Assembly (NCBI GenBank): GCA_038087875.1
Contig: CM075988.1
Location: 10,728,001 to 10,792,000, forward strand
DNA from: Malacoraja senta
Lineage: Eukaryota
Length of the DNA: 64,000 nucleotides
Reading direction: 5' to 3'
This document shows positions 1 to 8,618 of this stretch, piece after piece (within the stretch, counting starts at the first letter, position 1; each line of letters starts with the position of its first letter). Both the position numbers and the translations under genes were made by a program. The notes beneath the pieces were generated by a model. That model made no database searches, was not told the DNA's origin, and saw only the letters and a program-made list of their open reading frames with translations.

Positions 1-1989
1 ATCCAAGTCACCTTGCAGTCTCCTAGCATCCTCCTCACAGCTAACACTGCCCCCCAGCTTAGTGTCATCCGCAAACTTGGAGATGTTGCTTTCAATTCCC
101 TCGTCCAGATCATTAATATAAATTGTAAATAGCTGGGGTCCCAGCACTGAGCCTTGCGGTACCCCACTAGTCACTGCCTGCCATTGTGAAAAGGACCCGT
201 TTACTCCTACTCTTTGCTTCCTGTTTGCCAGCCAGTTCTCTATCCACATCAATACTGAACCCCCAATACCGTGTGATTTAAGCTTGTATCCTAATCTCTT
301 ATGTGGTACCTTGTCGAAAGCCTTCTGAAAGTCCAGATACAACACATCCACTGGTTCTCCCCTATCCACTCTACTAGTTACATCCTCGAAAAATTCTATA
401 AGATTCGTCAGACACGATTTACCTTTCGTAAATCCATGCTGACTTTGTCCAATGATTTCACCACTTTCCAAATGTGCTGCTATCCCATCTTTAATAACTG
501 ACTCTAGCAGTTTCCCCACTACCGATGTTAAACTAACTGGTCTGTAATTCCCCGTTTTCTCTCTCCCTCCCTTCTTAAAAAGTGGGGTTACATTTGCTAC
601 CCTCCAATCCTCAGGAACTACTCCAGAATCTAAAGAATTTTGAAAAATTATCACTAATGCATCCGCTATTTCTGGAGCTACTTCCTTAAGTACTCTGGGA
701 TGCAGCCTATCTGGCCCTGGTGATTTATCGGCCTTTAATCCATTCAATTTACCCAACACCACTTCCCGACTAACCTGGATTTCACTCAGTTCCTCCATCT
801 CCTTTGACCCGCGGCCCCCTGCTATTTCCGGCAGATTATTTATGTCTTCCTTAGTGAAGACGGAACCAAAGTAGTTATTCAATTGGTCCACCATATCCTT
901 GTTCCCCATGATCAATTCCCCTGTTTCTGACTGCAAGGGACCTACATTTGTTTTAACTAATCTCTTTCTCCTCACATATCTATAAAAACTTTTGCAGTCA
1001 GTTTTTATTTTCCCTGCCAGTTTCCTTTCATAATCTATTTTCCCTTTCCTAATTAAGCCCTTTGTCCTCCTCTGCTGGTCTCTGAATTTCTCCCAGTCCT
1101 CTGGTATGCTGCTTTTTCTGGCTGATTTGTACGCAACATCTTTTGCTTTGATACTATCCCTGATTTCCCTTGTTATCCACGGATGCACTACCTTCCCTGA
1201 TTTATTCTTTTGCCAAACTGGGATGAACATTTTTTGTAGTTCATCCATGCAGTCTTTAAATGCCTTCCATTGCATATCCACCGTCAACCCTTTTAGAACT
1301 AATTGCCAGTCAATCTTGGCCAATTCACGTCTCATATCCTCAAAGTTACCTTTCTTTAAGTTCAGAACCGTTGTTTCTGAATTAACAATGTCACTCTCCA
1401 TCCTAATGAAGAACTCAACCATATAATGGTCACTCTTGCCCAAGGGGGCACGCACAACAAGTCTGCTAACTAACCCTTCCTCATTACTCAATACCCAGTC
1501 TAGAATAGCCTGCTCTCTCGTTGGTTCCTCTACATGTTGGTTTAGATAACTATCCCTCATACATTCCAAGAAATCCTCTTCCTCAGCACCCCTGCCAATT
1601 TGATTCACCCAATCTATATGTAGATTGAAGTCACCCATTATAACTGTTTTGCCTTTGTTGCACGCATTTCTAATTTCCTGTTTGATGCCATCCCCAACTT
1701 CACTACTACTGCTAGGTGGCCTGTACACAACACCCACCAGCGTTTTCTGCCCCTTAGTATTTCGTAGCTCTACCCATACCGATTCCACATCCTCCAAGCT
1801 AATGTCCTTCCTTTCCACTGCGTTAATCTCCTCTCTAACCAGCAACGCTACCCCACCTCCTTTTCCTTTCTCTCTATCCCTCCTGAATATTGAATATCCC
1901 TGGATGTTCAGCTCCCAGCCTTGGTCACCCTGGAGCCATGTCTCCGTGATCCCAACTATATCATAATCATTAATTGCTATCTGCACGTT
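1..1989 (-). mobile_element. CR1-clade LINE copy A, 5'-truncated inside the endonuclease, running off the window start
   Basis: Colinear with 2855-4843 at a constant offset of 2854 with scattered substitutions. Ends at ...ctgcacgtt, directly against the microsatellite tail of copy B. Confidence 0.95.
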
Positions 1990-4900
1990 ACATAGATACA
2001 TAGATACATAGAAATTAGGTGCAGGAGTAGGCCATTCGGCCCTTCGAGCCTGCACCGCCATTCAATACGATCATGGCTGATCATCCAACTCAGTATCCCG
2101 TACCTGCCTTCTCTCCATACCCCCTGATCCCTTTAGCCACAAGGGCCACATCTAATTCCCTCTTAAATATAGCCAATGAACTGGCCTCAACTACCCTCTG
2201 TGGCAGAGAGTTCCAGAGATTCACCACTCTCTGTGTGAAAAAGTTTTTCCTCATCTCGGTCTTAAAGGATTTTCCCCTTATCCTTAAGCTGTGACCCCTT
2301 GTCCTGGACTTCCCCAACATCGGGAACAATCTTCCTGCATCTAGCCTGTCCAACCCCATAAGAATCTTGTACGTTTCTATAAGATCCCCTCTCAATCTCC
2401 TAAATTCTAGCGAGTATAAGCCAAGTCTATCCAGTCTTTCTTCATATGAGAGTCCTGACATCCCAGGAATCAGTCTGGTGAACCTTCTCTGCACTCCCTC
2501 TATGGCTATAATGTCCTTCCTCAGATTTGGAGACCAAAACTGTACGCAATACTCCAGGTGTGGTCTCACCAAGACCCTGTACAACTGCAGTAGAACCTCA
2601 CTGCTCCTATACTCAAATCCTCTTGCTATGAAGGCCAACATACCATTCGCTTTCTTCACTGCCTGCTGCACCTGCATGCCTACTTTCAATGACTGGTGTA
2701 CCATGACACCCAGGTCTCGCTGCATCTCCCCATTTCCTAATCGGCCACCATTTAGATAATAGTCTGCCTTCCCGTTTTTGCTACCAAAGTGGATAACCTC
2801 ACATTTATCCACATTATACTGCATCTGCCAAACATTTGCCCACTCACCCAGCCTATCCAAGTCACCTTGCAGTCTCCTAGCATCCTCCTCACAGCTAACA
2901 CTGCCCCCCAGCTTAGTGTCATCCGCAAACTTGGAGATGTTGCTTTCAATTCCCTCGTCCAGATCATTAATATAAATTGTAAATAGCTGGGGTCCCAGCA
3001 CTGAGCCTTGTGGTACCCCACTAGTCACTGCCTGCCATTGTGAAAAGGACCCGTTTACTCCTACTCTTTGCTTCCTGTTTGCCAGCCAGTTCTCTATCCA
3101 CATCAATACTGAACCCCCAATACCGTGTGATTTAAGTTTGTATCCTAATCTCTTATGTGGTACCTTGTCGAAAGCCTTCTGAAAGTCCAGATACAACACA
3201 TCCACTGGTTCTCCCCTATCCACTCTACTAGTTACATCCTCGAAAAATTCTATAAGATTCGTCAGACACGATTTACCTTTCGTAAATCCATGCTGACTTT
3301 GTCCAATGATTTCACCACTTTCCAAATGTGCTGCTATCCCATCTTTAATAACTGACTCTAGCAGTTTCCCCACTACCGATGTTAGACTGACTGGTCTGTA
3401 ATTCCCCGTTTTCTCTCTCCCTCCCTTCTTAAAAAGTGGGGTTACGTTTGCTACCCTCCAATCCTCAGGAACTACTCCAGAATCTAAAGAGTTTTGAAAA
3501 ATTATCACTAATGCATCCACTATTTCTGGAGCTACTTCCTTAAGTACTCTGGGATGCAGCCTATCTGGCCCTGGTGATTTATCGGCCTTTAATCCATTCA
3601 ATTTACCCAACACCACTTCCCGACTAACCTGGATTTCACTCAGTTCCTCCATCTCCTTTGACCCGCGGCCCCCTGCTATTTCCGGCAGATTATTTATGTC
3701 TTCCTTAGTGAAGACGGAACCAAAGTAGTTATTCAATTGGTCTGCCATATCCTTGTTCCCCATGATCAATTCACCTGTTTCTGACTGCAAGGGACCTACA
3801 TTTGATTTAACTAATCTCTTTCTCTTCACATATCTATAAAAACTTTTGCAGTCAGTTTTTATGTTCCCTGCCAGTTTCCTTTCATAATCTATTTTCCCTT
3901 TCCTAATTAAGCCCTTTGTCCTCCTCTGCTGGTCTCTGAATTTCTCCCAGTCCTCTGGTATGCTGCTTTTTCTGGCTAATTTGTACGCATCATCTTTTGC
4001 TTTGATACTATCCCTGATTTCCCTTGTTATCCACGGATGCACTACCTTCCTTGATTTATTCTTTTGCCAAACTGGGATGAACAATTTTTGTAGTTCATCC
4101 ATGCAGTCTTTAAATGCCTTCCATTGCATATCCACCGTCAACCCTTTTAGAACTAATTGCCAGTCAATCTTGGCCAATTCATGTCTCATACCCTCAAAGT
4201 TACCTTTCTTTAAGTTCAGAACCGTTGTTTCTGAATTAACAATGTCACTCTCCATCCTAATGAAGAACTCAACCATATTATGATCACTCTTGCCCAAGGG
4301 GGCACGCACAACGAGTCTGCTAACTAACCCTTCCTCATTACTCAATACCCAGTCTAGAATAGCCTGCTCTCTCGTTGGTTCCTCTACATGTTGGTTTAGA
4401 TAACTATCCCTCATACATTCCAAGAAATCCTCTTCCTCAGCACCCCTGCCAATTTGATTCACCCAATCTATATGTAGATTGAAGTCACCCATTATAACTG
4501 TTTTGCCTTTGTTGCACGCATTTCTAATTTCCTGTTTGATGCCATCCCCAAATTCACTACTACTGCTAGGTGGCCTGTACACAACGCCCACCAGCGTTTT
4601 CTGCCCCTTAGTGTTTCGCAGCTCTACCCATACCGATTCCACATCCTCCAAGCTAATGTCCTTCCTTTCCACTGCGTTAATCTCCTCTCTAACCAGCAAC
4701 GCCACCCCACCTCCTTTTCCTTTCTCTCTATCCCTCCTGAATATTGAATATCCCTGGATGTTCAGCTCCCAGCCTTGGTCACCTTGGAGCCATGTCTCCG
4801 TGATCCCAACTATATCATAATCATTAATTGCTATCTGCACGTTCAACTCATCCACCTTATTACGAATGCTCCTTGCATTGAGACACAAAGCCTTCAGACT

Positions 4901-6115
4901 TGTTTTTACAACGCTCTTACCCCTTATACAATTATGTTGAAAAGTGGCTCTTTTTGATTTTTGTCCTGGATTTGTCTGCCTGCCACTTTTACCTTTCACC
5001 TTGCTACCTATTGCTTCCGCCCGCATTTTGCACCCCTCTGTTTCTCTGCTCACCCATTTAAGAACCCCACCACCTCTTATTCTCTGTTTATTATTGTTTT
5101 CTTCTTTCCCCCCTACATGTTGGGTCTGAGTGCTTTCCTTCTCTGCCTCCTGCCTCACACACTGTCTAATAGCATTCTCTATTTGAGTCCCTCCCCCCAA
5201 CCATTCTAGTTTAAAGTCTCCCCAGTAGCCTTTGCAGATCTCCCTGCCAGGATATCGGTCCCCCTCAGGTTCAAGTGCAACCCATCCTTTTTGTACAGGT
5301 CGTACCTTCCACAAAAGAGGTCCCAATGATCCAGAAATTTGAATCCCTGCCTTCTGCACCAGTCCTTCAGCCACGCATTTATCCTCCACCTCGCTCCATT
5401 CCTACTCTCACTGTCGCGTGGCACAGGCAGTAATCCCGAGATTGTTACCTTCGCTGTCCTTCTCTTTAACTCCCCTCCTAACTCCCTAAATTCTCCTTTC
5501 AGGACCTCTTCTCTTTTTTTACCTATGTCATTGGTACCTATATGTATCACGACTTCGGGCTCCTCTCCCTTCCCTTTCAGGATGTCTTGGACACGTTGAG
5601 ACACATCACAGACCCTGGCACCAGGGAGGCAAACTACCATCCGAGTCTCCCGACTGCATCCACAGAATCGCCTGTCTGACCCCCTAACTATAGAGTCCCC
5701 TATTAATATTGCCCTCCTCTTCTTACCCTTCTGAGCAACAGGACCGGTCTCTATACCGGAGGCCCGGCCGCTGTCGCTACCCCCAGGTAGGCTGTCCACC
5801 CCAACAGTGCTCAAACAGGAGTACTTATTGTCAAGGTGTACAGCCACCGGGGTACTCTCTAGTCCCTGCCTGTGCCCCTTGCCTCTCCCAACCGTGATCC
5901 ACTTGCCTGCCTCCTGTGGTGTTGGAGTGACCACATCCCTGTAACTCCTCTCGATGACTTCCTCGCTCTCCCTGACCAGACGGAGGTCATCGAGCTGCTG
6001 CTCCAGGTTCCTAATATGGTCCATTAGGAGCCCCATCTCGATACACCTGACGCAGATGTGGACGTCTGGAGGGCTATCAGACTCCATGACTTCCCACATC
6101 TGACATCCAGAACAG
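1990..6115 (-). mobile_element. Near-full-length CR1-clade LINE copy B (ORF1+ORF2+3'UTR, 5'UTR missing)
   Basis: Two long minus-strand ORFs, a short 3'UTR, and a (TATCTATG)n octamer tail at 1990-2011. Confidence 0.95.
2090..5215 (-). CDS. CR1 ORF2: APE endonuclease + reverse transcriptase, uninterrupted
   Basis: APE motifs LNARSI, ITETW, GDFN, SDH. RT motifs [32 protein letters not shown]1 C-terminus RPHLEYCVQFWSP. First in-frame ATG is at 5026; the frame stays open upstream across the ORF1 stop. Confidence 0.95.
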   Translation of the reverse strand, partial: FKLEWLGGGTQIENAIRQCVRQEAEKESTQTQHVGGKEENNNKQRIRGGGVLKWVSRETEGCKMRAEAIGSKVKGKSGRQTNPGQKSKRATFQHNCIRGKSVVKTSLKALCLNARSIRNKVDELNVQIAINDYDIVGITETWLQGDQGWELNIQGYSIFRRDREKGKGGGVALLVREEINAVERKDISLEDVESVWVELRNTKGQKTLVGVVYRPPSSSSEFGDGIKQEIRNACNKGKTVIMGDFNLHIDWVNQIGRGAEEEDFLECMRDSYLNQHVEEPTREQAILDWVLSNEEGLVSRLVVRAPLGKSDHNMVEFFIRMESDIVNSETTVLNLKKGNFEGMRHELAKIDWQLVLKGLTVDMQWKAFKDCMDELQKLFIPVWQKNKSRKVVHPWITREIRDSIKAKDDAYKLARKSSIPEDWEKFRDQQRRTKGLIRKGKIDYERKLAGNIKTDCKSFYRYVKRKRLVKSNVGPLQSETGELIMGNKDMADQLNNYFGSVFTKEDINNLPEIAGGRGSKEMEELSEIQVSREVVLGKLNGLKADKSPGPDRLHPRVLKEVAPEIVDALVIIFQNSLDSGVVPEDWRVANVTPLFKKGGREKTGNYRPVSLTSVVGKLLESVIKDGIAAHLESGEIIGQSQHGFTKGKSCLTNLIEFFEDVTSRVDRGEPVDVLYLDFQKAFDKVPHKRLGYKLKSHGIGGSVLMWIENWLANRKQRVGVNGSFSQWQAVTSGVPQGSVLGPQLFTIYINDLDEGIESNISKFADDTKLGGSVSCEEDARRLQGDLDRLGEWANVWQMQYNVDKCEVIHFGSKNGKADYYLNGGRLGNGEMQRDLGVMVHQSLKVGMQVQQAVKKANGMLAFIARGFEYRSSEVLLQLYRVLVRPHLEYCVQFWSPNLRKDIIAIEGVQRRFTRLIPGMSGLSYEERLDRLGLYSLEFRRLRGDLIETYKILMGLDRLDAGRLFPMLGKSRTRGHSLRIRGKSFKTEMRKNFFTQRVVNLWNSLPQRVVEASSLAIFKRELDVALVAKGIRGYGEKAGTGY

Positions 6116-6126
6116 TATGTGTACAT
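5206..6126 (-). CDS. CR1 ORF1: CxxC..CxxC knuckle, coiled coil, SGNH/GDSL esterase domain
   Basis: CSGC...CVRC, LEQQLDDL coil, and SGNH blocks GDS, PGA, GTND, DGLH. The first 3-4 codons probably come from flanking DNA. Confidence 0.92.
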   Translation of the reverse strand: MYTYCSGCQMWEVMESDSPPDVHICVRCIEMGLLMDHIRNLEQQLDDLRLVRESEEVIERSYRDVVTPTPQEAGKWITVGRGKGHRQGLESTPVAVHLDNKYSCLSTVGVDSLPGGSDSGRASGIETGPVAQKGKKRRAILIGDSIVRGSDRRFCGCSRETRMVVCLPGARVCDVSQRVQDILKGKGEEPEVVIHIGTNDIGKKREEVLKGEFRELGGELKRRTAKVTISGLLPVPRDSESRNGARWRINAWLKDWCRRQGFKFLDHWDLFCGRYDLYKKDGLHLNLRGTDILAGRSAKATGETLN

Positions 6127-6431
6127 ATGTGTACTGATAAGGTAGACTGTCGAGGAAGAGGTGCAATAGGTTTGTACTCTGCAACGATATTTTCTATCCT
6201 CTAAAAGTCCACTATAACAGCTTCAGGGTTTGATGAGCTTGGTCACTGTGGTGCAACTGAACCATTCTTTATGAAGGACATTGAGTTCATGTTCCAGACC
6301 TTATTTCATGCTCTTGATCTCTTTGTGCTGCTTCTGAGTATTACTGGCATTTGGGTGTACACCACCAATGAACTACAGGACGGCAAGAAGAGTTTTGGTC
6401 ACAAAACACTGGGGCTTCAGAATAGATCTAA

Positions 6432-6900
6432 GGTCGTCGTCGTGGCTATCCCTCGAGGTCGAGGTTGACGGTCTATGTTTTGTTGTTTTTATGGACTCTC
6501 AGGTGGCTTATGAGTCCAATCCTGGCTTTGCAGCTCACAGAACGAAGACGCCTGTGCATGTGTTTGTTTAACGTGTACTTGATGTTCCACTCCAAGAAGC
6601 ACATGGTCCTTCACAAATCAATCAACTTATTCCAATGGCAAGGGAACCAAGATGATTGGAGCTGATAGATCTGTTGCAGCCTTCATCCGCCTTCAGAGCC
6701 GTGGAGTTCAAGATAAATTAGTCCGCCTAGTCCGCCGTTGAGGTCTTGTAGGTTGGATCGTTCTTAGTCTGGACCCTCATCCTTGACCTTACCACCATGG
6801 GTGGCCCTCCCAGAAGCTGGTGCGTCCGACGGCATCGCTCTCGGAATAATGGGGTCACACAAGACTCTTCACCATGACAAGGTAAACGATCCAAAGATGT
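6432..6900 (-). mobile_element. Internally deleted, non-autonomous RTE-clade derivative (5'UTR joined to 3' end)
   Basis: 5' part ACCTTGTCATGGTGAAGAG...GGGCCACCCA resembles RTE 5'UTRs. 3' part encodes CKARIGLISHLRVH (RTE C-terminal motif), followed by a short UTR and an (ACG)n tail. Confidence 0.75.
6753..6894 (-). ncRNA. Putative HDV-like ribozyme core in the RTE 5'UTR
   Basis: P2 TTGGATCGTTT (6894-6884) pairs with GAACGATCCAA (6763-6753). P3 ACC/GGT encloses the 7-nt L3 TTGTCAT. J4/2 is CTAA. The P1 5' strand was not clearly found. Confidence 0.55.
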
Positions 6901-7074
6901 GCTATGAATATAGAAGGGAATGTCTTCATTGAAGATAAGTGTGGGAGAAATCTGTATCCAGTGCATAGAGATTAAAGATGCTGTAATCGTAATGTACGAA
7001 GAGGTATTCCTACTGTCCGCCACAGGGAGAGGCATCACCATGGTCTTCCTGACTGCAACCTCTCATTAGATGAA

Positions 7075-7775
7075 ATGCTACTTCCTGAATCGCACTGTAG
7101 ATTCTGCCCATTTTGAGGCACAGTGAACATGATCTTCAGCAACTCCAATAAAACTGCAGGGAGCAGCAACAACCACTGAACATAGGTTTTTGTAACATCA
7201 CAAAAGGCTTTGACTCCGTGACTAAAGGAACTGTGGAATACCTCACCCAGATACAATTGGCAACAAACATTTATTGCCATCTAACATTTGCTTCGTGATG
7301 TCATGCACACCATGATCCTATTCAAGTTGATGAAGGCAAGTCTCAAAAAAGGTTGCATCATTGCCCCAGCGCTTCTCTCAATCTTTTTCACTGCAACGTT
7401 ACACCTCATCTCTAACAGACTTCCCAATGAAGTAGACTTAAATTTTAGAACCAGTAGGAATCCATGACAACTAAACTGCAGAACCAAGGTCATCCATATC
7501 TCAAGACTGAGCTTCCAACCATAATGCAGAGATTGGTTTTGCTCAGAAGCTGAACTCCAGGCCCTTGTTAACTCATCTACTGTTGCATAGGAATTAATGT
7601 GCCTCACATTCAACATCTACAAATACAAGGACCTCGATCAACCTTCCCTTGCTGCATCACACTATCTTCTGAAAATGAAGGTTCACTGTGAGACCTGGTA
7701 TACATAGAGCATATACATCGAGGAGCCGTCTTTTGATGATGACAAGCATTGATGATGAAATTCATCATTGGCTCA
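7075..7775 (+). pseudogene. Degenerate RTE-clade reverse transcriptase relic
   Basis: Fragments ESHCRFCPF*GTVNMIF, CREQQQPL, TKGFDSV, KKGCIIAPALLSIF, with stops and frameshifts. Confidence 0.7.
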
Positions 7776-7784
7776 AATGCCCCA

Positions 7785-7874
7785 TCTGAAGAAGGGTCTC
7801 TAGCCGAAACATCATCCATCCATGTTCGCCAGAGATGTTGTATAACCCGCTGAGTTACCCAGCACTTTGTGTCC
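7785..7874 (+). mobile_element. Penelope-like terminal (pLTR) fragment
   Basis: CTGAAGAAGGGTCTC..CCGAAAC...CCCGCTGAGTTAC..CAGCA family. Further copies near 8453, 16752, 25077, 27083, 27735, 28343, 30812, 31343, 35036, 36540, 40572, 43067, 45226, 49509, 51108, 54978, 55586, 58069, 58568 and 60230. Confidence 0.8.
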
Positions 7875-7950
7875 AGATGCAAAGAATAAAGAGCAACACG
7901 GCCATTTGTGATAAGAGAAAGCTGAAACTATTACTGGGATAGAACCATAG

Positions 7951-8200
7951 GCATTCAAAACACTGGCGAGCTTATTGGTGTCTCAGACCACGGATGAATC
8001 CAATTACAAGGATGTTATAAGAGCTTTGAGGGCTCGTTTTAACTCAGCACCTTCAGTGACTTCTGTGAACTACAAATTTGATAAGTGGAACAAGGAACCA
8101 GAAGACACACTCAGCTAATTGTCAAGTTATAAGCATGGCTAAAAGGTGCAACTTTCAAATATTTTTAGATCAGGAGCTGCTAAGTTGTTTAGAGTGCAAA
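7951..8200 (+). pseudogene. Degenerate Ty3/Gypsy gag fragment
   Basis: AFKTLASLLVSQTTDESNYKDVIRALRARFNSAPSVTSVNYKFDKWNKEPEDTLS, then MAKRCNFQIFLDQ. This resembles the Gypsy Gag pattern L..HF.P.PS....R.KF....Q..GE. Confidence 0.55.
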
Positions 8201-8618
8201 TTCACTGTCAACCCAGAGAATTCAAGCGCAGTTTGAAATGTTGGATCCGATGTTCAAGGGAGCGTGCAAAGCAGTCACGTGTATGAAAGTGTATTGAAGA
8301 ATGCAAAATGCTTTGATCAGGACACAATTCAGAGAAGCAGGCGTGAGCAAGCCCACAGAGGCAGAAAATGGCAATGTGTCCTCTGTGCAATTGAAACCCA
8401 TGAGCGGACTCAGAGAGAACACAAAATGGGAAGGTAGCGGGTCATGGGGTTGGATAGACACAAAATGCTGGAGTAACTCAACGGGTCAGGCAGCATCTCC
8501 GGAGAAAAGGAATATGTGACGTTTCGGGTCAAGACCCTTAGTCATGATGGGTGGAATAGGTGGGAAATCATGATGTGAAACATGTTCAGCATGATGACAG
8601 GAAGTGGAAGTAAATAAA

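Noticed and set aside
1..1989. Copy A as a pure assembly duplication of copy B
   Set aside because: Dispersed substitutions and a junction exactly at the tail favour a real second copy, though this is not excluded without reads.
5216..5389. N-terminal ~58 aa of the 1099-aa ORF-track call
   Set aside because: It starts at a non-ATG codon inside ORF1; it is overlap in the -1 frame with no support as a real start.
301..5897. Many plus-strand ORFs over the CR1 copies
   Set aside because: Antisense shadows of LINE coding sequence.
6113..6136. ATG start MYTY of ORF1 and the tatgtgtac duplication
   Set aside because: It looks like junction filler at the truncation point rather than the native start.
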